Source: Geopsychrobacteraceae bacterium
GTDB lineage: Bacteria > Desulfobacterota > Desulfuromonadia > Desulfuromonadales > Geopsychrobacteraceae
DNA: 64,000 nucleotides
Assembly: GCA_963676795.2 (NCBI GenBank)
Contig: CAXXTB010000002.1
Span: 608,001 to 672,000 of the forward strand
Direction: 5' to 3'
In this document: in pieces, positions 29,734 through 40,790 of the stretch
Layout of the letters: the number at the start of each line of letters is the position of its first letter
Numbering within the stretch: position 1 is the first letter of the stretch
Translations under genes and position numbers: made by a program
The notes under the pieces: generated by a model
The model's input: only the letters and a program-made list of their open reading frames with translations
Told to the model about the DNA's origin: nothing
The model's database searches: none

Positions 29734-31082
29734 CTTCCATTCGTAATAAACTTCTTTTCTGGCTGATTATCGGCCAGCTTTTTTCGATTGCGTTGACAGG
29801 TGCCATCACCTTTTCTTATGTGAGAAGCGAGCTGGAAGGCATATTTGATGACCGCCTGAGGCAGCTGGCTTACAGCGTTCCCTTGAACGCTGGTTCTGTC
29901 CCTGCACCTCCACCAGACCTGAACAATGTATTTGAGGATGACGACGATTTTATCATTCAGGTCTGGAACCGTAATGATGAACATCTCATGCTGATCAATA
30001 TCGAAGAGGGGGATCCCGGTCGAACTGACGCTGGTTACAGCACACATGTCAGCGATAATATGGCGTGGCGCAGTTTCGGTCTGCAGCGTGACGGAGTTTT
30101 CGTTCAGGTCAGTCAGCCTTTGGCAGAACGCTTGGAGATGAGTCTGAATATCTCCCTGCTTGCGACCGCCCCGATCATCATTCTGATTGTCCTTCTGGGC
30201 GGGCTGGCATGGGTTACTGTCCGCAAGAGCCTGGCTCCTTTGAACAGCATTGCTAATTCACTGAAAAAGCAGAGCCCTTATTCATTGACGCCGGTCGCAT
30301 TGACTGCGCTCCCTGATGAGATTCTGCCTCTGGCAAAGGCATTGAACAGTCTGCTGGTGCAGTTGGAGCGAGCCCTGTCTGTACAGCGAAAATTTACTGC
30401 GGATGCCGCTCACGAACTCCGCACCCCGTTGACGGCGATCGATCTTCAGACTCAGTTGTTGGAGAGATGTCATGATGATCAGGAGCGGCGGGAACTGTTT
30501 ACGCAATTGCGCTCGGGAATATCCAGGTCAAGCCATCTGGTCGAGCAGCTTCTGACCCTGGCCAGAATGGAGCCGGATAAATGGGAGCGTCCCTTTGTCA
30601 GGATCAATATGAGTGAATTGCTCAGACAGTCTGTTGCGGATCTGACTTCAGCGGCACTTCACCGGCAGATAGATCTGGGGATCAATCGTTCAGAACCGGT
30701 CCAGATTTTCGGAGACAGTGAAAGTTTGCGCATTCTGCTGAACAACCTGATCGACAACGCCATTCGTTATTCCTATCAAAACGGGCGGATCGACGTTGAA
30801 TTGTACCGTTTCGAACAGCTGTGCCGGGTTGTCGTCAAAGACAACGGGCCGGGTATACCGGTAAGTGAACGGCAGAGAGTCTTTGATCGTTTCTACCGGC
30901 ACGCCGGACAAAATGGCAATGGTAGCGGGCTTGGTCTGGCGATTGTCCGCGAAATTGTCCGACAGCATCATGGTCAGGTTCAGCTGGAGGATGGCGATGA
31001 CCATCACGGACTGAAGGTTGTCGTGTCTCTGCCCGTTTCGGATCCGGATTCTGATGGCGTACAGAACCGGCCTGTTAAATAA
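29730..31082 (+). CDS. QseC/PmrB-like sensor histidine kinase
   Basis: Two TM, FTADAAHELRTPL, NLIDNAIRY, GSGLGLAIV; start overlaps the regulator stop. Confidence 0.92.
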   Translation: MTSIRNKLLFWLIIGQLFSIALTGAITFSYVRSELEGIFDDRLRQLAYSVPLNAGSVPAPPPDLNNVFEDDDDFIIQVWNRNDEHLMLINIEEGDPGRTDAGYSTHVSDNMAWRSFGLQRDGVFVQVSQPLAERLEMSLNISLLATAPIIILIVLLGGLAWVTVRKSLAPLNSIANSLKKQSPYSLTPVALTALPDEILPLAKALNSLLVQLERALSVQRKFTADAAHELRTPLTAIDLQTQLLERCHDDQERRELFTQLRSGISRSSHLVEQLLTLARMEPDKWERPFVRINMSELLRQSVADLTSAALHRQIDLGINRSEPVQIFGDSESLRILLNNLIDNAIRYSYQNGRIDVELYRFEQLCRVVVKDNGPGIPVSERQRVFDRFYRHAGQNGNGSGLGLAIVREIVRQHHGQVQLEDGDDHHGLKVVVSLPVSDPDSDGVQNRPVK

Positions 31083-31185
31083 ACGGGGTACAAATAATCA
31101 GACCGGCCAGATTTTTTCTCGCCGGTCTGTTTTTCATGTTGTTTGAAAAAGGCCGGGGTTCAACCCGGCTTTGACTTCACTCTGA

Positions 31186-32607
31186 TTAAAGATATTCGTA
31201 GAAAGCCTTGTAGGCTTTATAGGTATGGTAGAGATCTCCCTTGGACGCGATTTCAAAGGGGGCGTGCATCGACAGCAGGGCCGGGCCGCAGTCGATGACG
31301 TCCATGCCGAAGTAGGCCAGATACATGGCGATGGTTCCGCCTCCGCCCTGATCGACCTTGCCCAGTTCGGCGTTCTGATAGAGGACACCGCCTTTCGCAA
31401 ACGCCCCTCGGACGGCTGCGGTAAATTCGGCGTGGGCTTCATTGGAGCCCGATTTGCCACGTGCCCCGGTGAACTTGGTCAGACAGACGCCGTAGCCGAT
31501 CTTGCCGGCATTGAGCTTGTCGTTGACGCTGGCCCATTCCGGGTCAATACCGGCGTTGACATCGGCGGAAAGAAATTTCGACGCTGCGAGCGCCGCAAGG
31601 ACACTCTGGTAATCTCCTTTGCCGGCATGTTGCATGATGGCGCTGACCGCACGTTCGATGAGGTTCGAGTCGGCGCCTGCATTGCCGACAGAGCCGATCT
31701 CTTCCTTGTCGAAGAACACCGCCAGGCGGTTGGCTTTGGATTTATCGGCAGTGAGAATCGCTTTGAGAGCCGTATAGGAACAGATCCGGTCGTCCTGCCC
31801 GTAGCCGCCGACAAAGCTGCGATCGAGCCCCACGTCCCGTGATTTTCCGGCCGGAACCATCTGCAGTTCGGCTGAGATGAAATCCCCTTCGGTAATGCCG
31901 TAGCTGTCGTACAACAGCTTCATGACCGCCAGTTTCACATGGTCCTTGTCGTCGTTGTAATCGTAGGGGACGGAGCCGGTCAGGATGTTGAGCTGTTCCC
32001 CTTCGATGAAGACGCTGGCATCCTTGCTCATCTGATCCTTGCCCAGGTGGGGGAGCAGATCGTTGATGGTGAAGACCGGGTCGTTGTCATCCTCGCCGAT
32101 GACAATGGTCTTTTCCGTACCGTCGCTCATGATGACAACGCCGTGCATCGCCAGCGGGCGGGTGACCCACTGGTATTTTTTGATGCCGCCGTAGTAGTGG
32201 GTCTTGAAATAGGCCATATTCTCGGCCTCGTAGAGAGGGCAACCCTTGAGATCGATGCGCGGCGCATCGATGTGGGCGCCGACCATCAGCAAGCCTTGCT
32301 CCAGAGTGCTGCGGTCACCGATATCGGCCAGGACACAGCTGACCTTGTCAAACACCAGAATCAGTTTGTTATCTGTGGGGCCAGCCTCTTCGATACGCAC
32401 GTAACCGGCCGCTTTGGCCGCTTCTTCGATATAGAGCGCGGCTTCGCGCTCGGTCTTGCCTGCATCGAGAAAGGTTTTATAGCCTTCGGCAAAATCCATC
32501 AGCTCTTTTTCACCGGCTTCACCGAGATCCTTCCAGGTCGATTTTTTGGTGAAAAAAAGTTTTTCCTTCAGTTCTTCAATCTGTTTTTTATTTTCGCTGT
32601 CTTCCAT
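31186..32607 (-). CDS. M18-family aspartyl aminopeptidase
   Basis: GAHIDAPRID, THYYGGIKKYQW, GQDDR, DKEEIGS, LSMHAPFE; SD AAGGAG before ATG 32607. Confidence 0.92.
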   Translation of the reverse strand: MEDSENKKQIEELKEKLFFTKKSTWKDLGEAGEKELMDFAEGYKTFLDAGKTEREAALYIEEAAKAAGYVRIEEAGPTDNKLILVFDKVSCVLADIGDRSTLEQGLLMVGAHIDAPRIDLKGCPLYEAENMAYFKTHYYGGIKKYQWVTRPLAMHGVVIMSDGTEKTIVIGEDDNDPVFTINDLLPHLGKDQMSKDASVFIEGEQLNILTGSVPYDYNDDKDHVKLAVMKLLYDSYGITEGDFISAELQMVPAGKSRDVGLDRSFVGGYGQDDRICSYTALKAILTADKSKANRLAVFFDKEEIGSVGNAGADSNLIERAVSAIMQHAGKGDYQSVLAALAASKFLSADVNAGIDPEWASVNDKLNAGKIGYGVCLTKFTGARGKSGSNEAHAEFTAAVRGAFAKGGVLYQNAELGKVDQGGGGTIAMYLAYFGMDVIDCGPALLSMHAPFEIASKGDLYHTYKAYKAFYEYL

Positions 32608-32816
32608 GCGTCGCTCCTTTGGTCTCGCCATTCAGTGGAAATTGCATGTATTGATAATAGTCAATTTCTGAGTTTGCCATCAATTCCCGAAGGCAACTTT
32701 CCTCCTTTTATTACAAAGGCCATAGCCCGATTTACGCTATTGAAAGGGTAGAGGGGGAGTGGAGAATTGAAAACAAAAAAGGCTTCGCAGCAAACTGCAA
32801 AGCCTTTGAATTGTTT

Positions 32817-32893
<77 letters not shown>

Positions 32894-33043
32894 TCAGTGG
32901 AGGGGACACTAACAATTTGAGAGCGACTCGTCAACCCCTTTTCCCTCTTTTTTGAAGAACTCTTGTTCTGAGCCGGTCATTGGTGTAGAACCTGTGCAGC
33001 AGTTATTGGTTATATCAATTCAGATGCAGGATCTTATCGAAAA

Positions 33044-34084
33044 ATGCAGGGACCGATCTCTTTAGAAAAAGCTCTCATCGAACGACGCAAGGGGACATTG
33101 CTGGTTGATGTCCGGACTCCGGCCGAATTTGCCGAGACGACTATTCCCGGTGCGATCAATGTGCCGATTTTTTCCGATGAAGAGCGGGCCCTGGTCGGTA
33201 CTGTCTACAAACAGCAGGGGAACAAGGCTGCCCGCAGGCTCGGGGTCGAGCTGGTTTCGTCCAAAATTCCACAGATCATTGCTGCCGTTGAGGAAGCGCA
33301 GGGCGAGCGCAAACAGCCGGTGATCGTCTTCTGCTGGCGCGGCGGAATGCGCTCCTACGCCATCTGCTCTTTTCTCAACCTGGCCGGAATCCCTGCCCGT
33401 CAGCTGGAAGGCGGACATAAGGGGTTCCGCACAATGGTCGTCAACTATTTTGAAAAAGAAGAGTGGCCGCCGATCTATGTGCTGCGCGGGCTGACCGGGG
33501 TTGGCAAGACCCGCGTTCTGGCCGTGCTGGATGAACGAAGCTATCCGGTCGTCGATCTCGAGGGGATGGCCAATCACCGGGGCAGTGCCTTCGGCAACCT
33601 TGGCCTGGAGCCGCAGCCGTCGCAGAAGATGTTCGAGGCGCTGCTCTGGGATCGTCTCGACCAGTTGGCAGATTCAGCCTATCTGCTGACCGAAGGGGAG
33701 AGCCTGCATATCGGCCGGATCGTCGTGCCGAAAACCTTTCACCGGGCGATGCAGGTTCAGACCAGTCTGTGGTTGAACGCATCGCTTGAAACCCGGACCC
33801 GGGTGATTCTGGAAGAATATCCGGCCCGTGACCAGCTGCGTGAAAAATTCCGTCGTCCCCTGCTGGCCCTCAAGGAGCGGCTGGGGGGGAAGACCATCGA
33901 GGAATTCTGCGCCCTGCTGGATAACGGCGAGTGGGAAACCCTGACCCGCGAACTGATGGTCCGCTATTACGATCCTCTCTATATGCACACCCTGCCGGAG
34001 CAGCGGATTGAGATTGACCTTGATCCCTTTGATGAAGGGGTTGAACGTGTCGCATCAGCACTTGGCGATTTGCTGAAAGGCTGA
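33044..34084 (+). CDS. mnmH: tRNA 2-selenouridine synthase
   Basis: Rhodanese DVRTPAEF and CWRGGMRS, P-loop GLTGVGKT, DLEGMANHRGSAFG, YYDPLY. Confidence 0.95.
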   Translation: MQGPISLEKALIERRKGTLLVDVRTPAEFAETTIPGAINVPIFSDEERALVGTVYKQQGNKAARRLGVELVSSKIPQIIAAVEEAQGERKQPVIVFCWRGGMRSYAICSFLNLAGIPARQLEGGHKGFRTMVVNYFEKEEWPPIYVLRGLTGVGKTRVLAVLDERSYPVVDLEGMANHRGSAFGNLGLEPQPSQKMFEALLWDRLDQLADSAYLLTEGESLHIGRIVVPKTFHRAMQVQTSLWLNASLETRTRVILEEYPARDQLREKFRRPLLALKERLGGKTIEEFCALLDNGEWETLTRELMVRYYDPLYMHTLPEQRIEIDLDPFDEGVERVASALGDLLKG

Positions 34085-34208
34085 AAATGATGTCTTACGC
34101 TTCTCGTTGCGTGAGGCGATTCGGCTTGTTGATCAGAAAAATTCCCCCTCGGGTTGTTTTGAAAATGGCCGTCGGCTTATCCTGATTTAAGTCTATTCAG
34201 GAGAGCCC

Positions 34209-35519
34209 ATGACTCACAGCAGACAGCCTTGCGTGCCCATATCCCCGCTTTTCGTCAGTCAGTTCAGGGTTGATGAGGCATCGCCGTTTACCCGCTACCT
34301 GAACCGCCTTGAGGTTGAGGTCGCCGGGGAGAACTACGAAGAGTTGAAAACGCTTGAGCTGCTTGCCGATCCCGGCGACGATTTCTTTGCTGGGTGTCTT
34401 GAGCTGACCGAGGTTCTGCTGTCAACCTCCCAGAATATCTACAACTGTGATCTGCTGAAAAAACAGGGGATCCGTGTCTATATGGATGTGCCTCGCTACC
34501 AGGTTTACTACCGCAGTGCCGGGCGCTGTATCCGCTTTGTGCCGACCTGGCGTGAGCGGGTTCTTGAGCGCTTCTGCCACGAAGTGCCGCTGGTTGACGG
34601 CTCCTGGCGTGACTGCTCTCATGTCCTGCCCGGTTTTCAGGCCCGCTTCCTGGCGGACTGCGGCGGCGGAGTGCTGCTGTTGAACCGTTCCGGCGCCCCT
34701 GTCGAATTGCCGATTCTGACCGTCAGCCACGGTCCCTATGATCCGCATACCCTGGATGTCGCACTCTATTATCTGCGCAACGGCAAGGCGCGTGCCGCAC
34801 TGGTCAATCTTGGCTTCTCCGGCCGCGAGCCGCTGACCGACCGGAATCTTGAACGGCTTAAGCAATGGGGGGTACCGCTCAATCCGAGCAATATCGATAT
34901 CATCTATCCCTATATCGACGAACGTGGCCATCCCAACTGTTACAAACATGAACGCGGTCTCTGTGATTACCTCGATCTGCTTGGCGCCCCTCATCCCGAC
35001 CTGATTATCGATATCCACGGTTATGTCGGCACCCACGCGGAGGATGAGCGGGTTCTGGTCGGAATGGGGGGGCAGCCTCCTTATCCGACCCTGAGCGAAT
35101 TGGGCTCAGTCAGGCAGCGTGACGCCGTGCTGCACCTGCAGCCGCAGCCGCGTTTTCGAGACGGGCTGGCCATGATCCGGGATCTGTCGCCGGAGATCTA
35201 CGTCCAGCTCTGTCTGGCCAAGGAGCACTGCTGCCATTTCACTCTGCTGGGCGGCTTGCAGCTGATCGGCCGCAGTTTTAATCCCGCCGACGAGATTGTC
35301 AGTATGCTTGAGGGGGAAGAGCGCAGCATGCTGAAGAGAGAACAGATCCGCTGGTTGCCGAGTGCCGGTGCCAATGCCCTGCAGCGTCAGCAGGCCTGTC
35401 TGTTGCAGCGCAAGGCGCTCTGCATTCATGTCGAGATCCCCACCGGGATTCGCCGGCAACTGGCGAACAGGCTGCGTGAACAGGCGTTTGAGGCTTCCTT
35501 TGAGGCCAGCGGGTTGTAA
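34209..35519 (+). CDS. Hypothetical protein, possible Zn-dependent amidohydrolase
   Basis: 436-aa ORF with SD and normal codon style; SHGPYD, IIDIHG, IHVEIP motifs. Confidence 0.7.
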   Translation: MTHSRQPCVPISPLFVSQFRVDEASPFTRYLNRLEVEVAGENYEELKTLELLADPGDDFFAGCLELTEVLLSTSQNIYNCDLLKKQGIRVYMDVPRYQVYYRSAGRCIRFVPTWRERVLERFCHEVPLVDGSWRDCSHVLPGFQARFLADCGGGVLLLNRSGAPVELPILTVSHGPYDPHTLDVALYYLRNGKARAALVNLGFSGREPLTDRNLERLKQWGVPLNPSNIDIIYPYIDERGHPNCYKHERGLCDYLDLLGAPHPDLIIDIHGYVGTHAEDERVLVGMGGQPPYPTLSELGSVRQRDAVLHLQPQPRFRDGLAMIRDLSPEIYVQLCLAKEHCCHFTLLGGLQLIGRSFNPADEIVSMLEGEERSMLKREQIRWLPSAGANALQRQQACLLQRKALCIHVEIPTGIRRQLANRLREQAFEASFEASGL

Positions 35520-35686
35520 TTTTTTCCGGCAGCGGCGTCTCATCAAATTCTCATCATCCGGGTAGAAATGATCTGACAGATAGTGTTTCCGAATCGGTTC
35601 CGGCGCTCAATTTATCTCTCTACATTTCCGAAATCTTTAGTAAGATATAAACTTTCGTAATGCCAGATCAAGAAAGGGCAAAACTG

Positions 35687-37186
35687 ATGAAATTTCAGAT
35701 CAAATATGGCGAACTCGCCAAGCAGAAAAGCAATTGCCTGATTGTCGGAGCCTTCGAGGATGAAATGACAACAGCGGAGCTGCAGCAGGTGGATCGCATA
35801 CTGGCCGGCGGCTTTGCCATGGCGACGCGCAGCGGCGAATTCAAGGGGAGCAAGGGGGAGACCCTGCTGATCCACAATCCTCATCCCTTCGGCTGCAGTC
35901 GGGTGCTGTTTGTCGGGCTGGGCAAGAAAGATAAATTTACACTGGGTCTGCTGCGCCAGACCGGCAGTGAGGCCGCAACATTTCTCAGTGCCCGCAGGAT
36001 CATCAGCTGTCAATTGGCGACAGCCACCTTCCGGTTTGGCGAAACTGTGCTGAAAGAGAATCTGCAGGCACTGATCGAAGGCTTCCTGCTGGCCGGTTAC
36101 AGCTACGACAGCTATCTGCCGGAGGCGCGTAAGAAAACATCTGTCCTGGAGTGGATGGAGCTGTTGCTGGTCGACGGTGACTGCAAGGGAGAGGCGCAGG
36201 CTGCCATCTATGCTGCGCTGGCGATCTGCTCCGGGGTTTGCCTGGCCCGCGATCTGGTCAATACCCCGGGGAACGTCAAGTCGCCGGAATTCCTCGCCCG
36301 GCAGGCGCTCACTTTAGGCGAACTGGAAAATGTCAGCGTCAGACTGATCGAGGTTGAAGAGCTAAAGAAGCAGGGCTTCAATGCGCTGCTGGCGGTTGCC
36401 CAGGGGAGCGAGCGCGACCCCTACCTGATTATTGTCGAATACCAGGGGGGCGACGCGGGCGACAAGCCGCACGCCCTGGTCGGCAAGGGGGTGGTCTTTG
36501 ACAGTGGCGGAATCTCGCTCAAGCCGGGGGCTGCTATGGACGAGATGAAGATGGATATGGCCGGCGCTGCCGCGGTACTCGGGACGATCGACGCTGCGGC
36601 GCGGATGAAGCTGCCGGTCAATCTGGTCGGTGTCGTGCCGACGGTTGAGAACATGCCGTCCGGAACCTCCTACCGTCCCGGTGATATTGTCACCTCGCTG
36701 GCCGGCAAAACCATCGAGGTGCTCAATACCGACGCCGAAGGCCGCCTGATTCTGGCCGATGCCATGACCTATGTCGCCCGCTATCAGCCTCAGTCGATGA
36801 TCGACCTGGCCACGCTGACCGGCGCCTGTATTGTCGCCCTGGGAGAGTATGGCGCCGGGGCGATGAGCAACAACGACGAACTGGCGCAGACGCTGGTGCG
36901 CTGCGGGCAGAAGACCAATGAAAAGGTCTGGCAGCTGCCGTTGTGGGATGAATATACGGAACAGATCAAGAGTGATTTTGCCGATCTCAAGAACACCGGT
37001 GGCCGTCCGGGGGGGGCTCTGACCGCGGCCGCCTTCCTCAAGGAGTTTGCCGGTGAGATCCCCTGGGTCCACCTCGATATTGCCGGTGTTGCCTGGGCTT
37101 CTGCGGCCAAGCCTGGACGGCCGAAGGGGGGGACCGGCTACGGGGTCCGGCTGCTGATCGATTATTTGCAGTCGCTGGCGAAATAA
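35687..37186 (+). CDS. pepA: Leucyl aminopeptidase (M17)
   Basis: GKGVVFDSGG, MKMDMAG, NTDAEGRL, DLATLTGA. Confidence 0.96.
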   Translation: MKFQIKYGELAKQKSNCLIVGAFEDEMTTAELQQVDRILAGGFAMATRSGEFKGSKGETLLIHNPHPFGCSRVLFVGLGKKDKFTLGLLRQTGSEAATFLSARRIISCQLATATFRFGETVLKENLQALIEGFLLAGYSYDSYLPEARKKTSVLEWMELLLVDGDCKGEAQAAIYAALAICSGVCLARDLVNTPGNVKSPEFLARQALTLGELENVSVRLIEVEELKKQGFNALLAVAQGSERDPYLIIVEYQGGDAGDKPHALVGKGVVFDSGGISLKPGAAMDEMKMDMAGAAAVLGTIDAAARMKLPVNLVGVVPTVENMPSGTSYRPGDIVTSLAGKTIEVLNTDAEGRLILADAMTYVARYQPQSMIDLATLTGACIVALGEYGAGAMSNNDELAQTLVRCGQKTNEKVWQLPLWDEYTEQIKSDFADLKNTGGRPGGALTAAAFLKEFAGEIPWVHLDIAGVAWASAAKPGRPKGGTGYGVRLLIDYLQSLAK

Positions 37187-37281
37187 GCAGTGAAATATAA
37201 AGTCAATTCGGCTATGATCCGCTGCTTTTTTCGAGACACCGCAGGCGCGGGTTCTGATATTGCGGAATACAGGTGGCTTCG

Positions 37282-37731
37282 ATGGAAAAGATAATCGTCG
37301 GCTGGCGCGAATGGCTGGCTCTCCCTGAATTAGGGATCGGGCGGATCAAGGCGAAGGTTGATACCGGGGCAAGGACCTCCTGCCTGCATGCCTATTTTGT
37401 TGAACCCTATAAAGAAAGGGGGCAGCAGATGGTGCGCTTTGGGATTCACCCGCTGCAGAAACGGACCGATATAGAACTGGTCTGTCAGGCGCCGGTCAAG
37501 GATGTCCGTGAGGTCACCGATTCGGGTGGACACCGGGAGATGCGCTATGTCATCGAAACAACGGTCTGTCTCGGCGAGGCGTGCCGATCGATTGAGATGA
37601 CCCTGACCAACCGCGATACGATGAAGTTTCGCATGCTGCTAGGACGCTCAGCCCTGAAGGGGATGCTGGTTGTTCCTGATGGCTCCTATCTGCTGCGCGG
37701 AGATGGGCCTCTTCGAGATATGATGGAGTAA
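37282..37731 (+). CDS. RimK-associated protease (DUF785/RimB-like, retropepsin DTG motif)
   Basis: VGWREW, AKVDTGA, MLLGR. Confidence 0.9.
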   Translation: MEKIIVGWREWLALPELGIGRIKAKVDTGARTSCLHAYFVEPYKERGQQMVRFGIHPLQKRTDIELVCQAPVKDVREVTDSGGHREMRYVIETTVCLGEACRSIEMTLTNRDTMKFRMLLGRSALKGMLVVPDGSYLLRGDGPLRDMME

Positions 37732-37737
37732 GCTGTT

Positions 37738-38643
37738 ATGAAAATTGCCGTACTGTCCCGCAACCCTGAACTCTATTCGACCCGCCGGTTCGTTGAAGCC
37801 GGGAAAGAGCAGGGGCATGATATCCGGGTCATCGATCCGTTGCGCTGTTATATGACCATCGCCAGCCAGCGGCCGACGATCCACTATCGTGGTGAGGAGT
37901 TGACCGGTTTTGATGCCATCATCCCGCGCATCGGGGCCTCGATCACCTTCTACGGGACAGCCGTTGTCCGCCAGTTCGAAATGATGGGGGTCTACAGCGT
38001 CAACGAATCGGTTGCGATCAGCCGCTCCCGTGACAAGCTGCGCAGTCTGCAGTTGCTGGCCCGCAAGGGGATCGGCCTGCCGGTCACCGGTTTTGCCCAT
38101 TCGACCCAGTATACCGGGGACCTGATCGACCATGTCGGCGGGGCGCCGCTGGTGATCAAGCTGCTGGAGGGGACGCAGGGGATCGGGGTGGTTCTGGCCG
38201 AGACCGACAAGGCTGCCGAGAGTGTTATCGAGGCGTTTCGCGGGCTGCGGGAGAATATCCTGGTTCAGGAATTTATCAAGGAGGCCCACGGGGCCGATCT
38301 GCGCTGCTTTGTCATCGGTGACAAGGTTGTTGCCGCAATGAAACGTCAGGCCAAGGAGGGCGAGTTCCGTTCCAACCTGCACCGGGGCGGAACCTCGAGT
38401 ATTGCGCGGCTGACGCCCGAAGAGCGTTCCACGGCAGTGCGCGCCGCCAAGATCATGGGGCTGAATGTCGCCGGTGTTGATCTGCTGCGCTCCAATCATG
38501 GTCCGGTGGTCATGGAGGTCAATTCTTCGCCGGGGCTGGAAGGGATCGAGGAGGCGACCGAGAAGGATATCGCCGGGATGATCATCCAGTTTATTGAAAA
38601 GAACGCCAAGCCGGGTAAGACCAGAACGCGGGGGCAGGGGTGA
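37738..38643 (+). CDS. rimK: Alpha-L-glutamate ligase RimK
   Basis: [41 protein letters not shown]. Confidence 0.97.
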   Translation: MKIAVLSRNPELYSTRRFVEAGKEQGHDIRVIDPLRCYMTIASQRPTIHYRGEELTGFDAIIPRIGASITFYGTAVVRQFEMMGVYSVNESVAISRSRDKLRSLQLLARKGIGLPVTGFAHSTQYTGDLIDHVGGAPLVIKLLEGTQGIGVVLAETDKAAESVIEAFRGLRENILVQEFIKEAHGADLRCFVIGDKVVAAMKRQAKEGEFRSNLHRGGTSSIARLTPEERSTAVRAAKIMGLNVAGVDLLRSNHGPVVMEVNSSPGLEGIEEATEKDIAGMIIQFIEKNAKPGKTRTRGQG

Positions 38644-39674
38644 AGAAGAACACGCCGTTTTCCTTCGCCGGCTACGATATCCAGCCCGGCGAACGCAGAA
38701 CCGTCAACCTGCCGATGTCACGGCTCTATTCCCATGACGAAATCACCCTGCCGGTTCAGGTGATCAACGGCAAATCGGCGGGGCCGGTTCTGTTTGTCAG
38801 TGCCGCCGTGCATGGCGATGAGATCAATGGCGTCGAGGTGATCCGCCGCCTGCTGGGGGGCAAAGCTTTGAGCGGTCTGCGCGGGACCCTTCTGGCCCTG
38901 CCGGTGGCCAACCCCTTCGGCTTTATCCTCCATGCCCGCTACCTGCCCGACCGGCGCGACCTGAACCGCTCCTTTCCCGGTTCGGCCAAGGGGTCACAGG
39001 CCGCGCGCCTGGCCCATCTGATTTTCAACGATATCGCCGTGCGCTGCGATTATGCGATCGATCTGCACACCGGTTCGAACTTCCGCAGCAACCTGCCGCA
39101 GATCCGTATCAGCATGGACGAGCCTGAGACCCTGGAGCTGGCCAAGGTTTTTGGTGCGCCGGTGGTTGTTCCTTCAGAGCTGCGCGAGGGCTCCCTGCGC
39201 GAGGCGATTGCCGGGCTGGGCAAGCCGGTCATGGTTTATGAGGCCGGAGAAGCTCTTTATTTCAACGAACAGGCGATTCGCACCGGTCTGCGCGGCGTAG
39301 TCAATGTGATGCGCCATGTCGGTATGTTGCCGGCCAGCCGTGGCAGGCAGAAGCTGCGCGAACCGGTGGTGACCGACCAGACCAGCTGGGTACGTGCCGT
39401 CATGAGCGGAATCTTTTCGCGCCGCGCTCAACTTGGTGATATGGTAAAAAAAGGTGCCTTGCTGGGGCTGTTGAGCGATCCGCTCGGCGACGACTATGAA
39501 GAGTTGCGCGCACCGTTCAGCGGGATTGTCATCGGCCAGCAGAATCTGCCCCTGGCTCATGAGGGGGACGCTCTGATCCATCTGGCCAAAGTGCCGGATC
39601 AGGATGAGGCCGAGGAGGTAATGGAGGCCTTCCAGTCGAGCCTGACGGAGGAAGACTTCTCGCTCGAACGATAA
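38640..39674 (+). CDS. Succinylglutamate desuccinylase/aspartoacylase-family protein
   Basis: [26 protein letters not shown]. Confidence 0.92.
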   Translation: MKKNTPFSFAGYDIQPGERRTVNLPMSRLYSHDEITLPVQVINGKSAGPVLFVSAAVHGDEINGVEVIRRLLGGKALSGLRGTLLALPVANPFGFILHARYLPDRRDLNRSFPGSAKGSQAARLAHLIFNDIAVRCDYAIDLHTGSNFRSNLPQIRISMDEPETLELAKVFGAPVVVPSELREGSLREAIAGLGKPVMVYEAGEALYFNEQAIRTGLRGVVNVMRHVGMLPASRGRQKLREPVVTDQTSWVRAVMSGIFSRRAQLGDMVKKGALLGLLSDPLGDDYEELRAPFSGIVIGQQNLPLAHEGDALIHLAKVPDQDEAEEVMEAFQSSLTEEDFSLER

Positions 39675-39692
39675 CAAACACAGGAGCCACGG

Positions 39693-40790
39693 ATGATGGA
39701 CCCCCTCAATAGCGCGTTTCGTACGGTTACCTCCCTGTTCAGGGCGCCGGTCAAGCAGATCGGTCTGCCCCCCGGAACCCTTGTTCATGTTGGCCAGCAG
39801 AAGATGGAGCGGTCGATCATCACCTACATCGACTACTCCGACAGTTATTATGAGGTGTGCCCCGATGTGAGCCTGGATGATTGCCGGCCGCTGCGCGATA
39901 GCGACAGGGTCAGCTGGATCAACCTGGACGGTATTCACGATATTGCCCTGATCGATGCCTTTGGCGAGGCCTTCAGCCTGCACCCGCTGATGCTCGAGGA
40001 CATCCTCAATACCGGCCATCCCCCGAAGTTTGAAGAGTTCGATGACTCCGCTCTGATCATTATGAAGATGCTCGATTTCAATGCTGAGACCTGTCAGCTC
40101 GAGGTCGAACAGTTCAGTCTGGTACTGACCCCCAAAAATGTTATTACCTTTCAGGAGCATAGCGGCGATGTCTTTGCCAGCGTGCGTGAACGACTGGAGC
40201 GCAGAAGCGGCCGGATTCGTCAGCGCGGGCCCGATTACCTCGCCTATGCCCTGGTCGACAGCATCGTTGACAGCTACTTTCATGTGCTGGAAAAGATCGG
40301 CGACAGCCTTGATAATCTCGAGACCGAGCTGATCAACAGGCCGACCCAGGATCTGCTGCAGAAGGTCCACCAGCTCAAGGGGCAGCTGATTCTGCTGCGC
40401 AAAACCGTCTGGCCGCTGCGAGAACTGATCGGTAACATGTTGCACAGCGAGTCGGAGCTGCTCGATGAGGGAACCAGCATCTATCTGCGTGATCTCTATG
40501 ATCACGGTCTGCAGGTTATGGAGACCGTCGAGAACTTCCGCGATACGGCCTCCGGGCTGATCGATCTCTATATGTCGAGCGTCAGCCAACGGATGAACGA
40601 GGTCATGCGGGTGCTGACCATCATGGCCTCAATCTTTATTCCGCTGACCTTCATCGCCGGAATCTACGGCATGAACTTCGATAATATGCCCGAACTGCAC
40701 TGGCGCTACGGTTATCCAATGGCCTGGGGGCTGATGCTTCTCTGTCTGGTCGCTATGCTCTGGTATTTCAAGAGGAAAAAATGGTTTTGA
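39693..40790 (+). CDS. corA: Mg/Co transporter CorA
   Basis: GLPPGT, LHPLMLED, YGMNF, MPEL. Confidence 0.96.
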   Translation: MMDPLNSAFRTVTSLFRAPVKQIGLPPGTLVHVGQQKMERSIITYIDYSDSYYEVCPDVSLDDCRPLRDSDRVSWINLDGIHDIALIDAFGEAFSLHPLMLEDILNTGHPPKFEEFDDSALIIMKMLDFNAETCQLEVEQFSLVLTPKNVITFQEHSGDVFASVRERLERRSGRIRQRGPDYLAYALVDSIVDSYFHVLEKIGDSLDNLETELINRPTQDLLQKVHQLKGQLILLRKTVWPLRELIGNMLHSESELLDEGTSIYLRDLYDHGLQVMETVENFRDTASGLIDLYMSSVSQRMNEVMRVLTIMASIFIPLTFIAGIYGMNFDNMPELHWRYGYPMAWGLMLLCLVAMLWYFKRKKWF

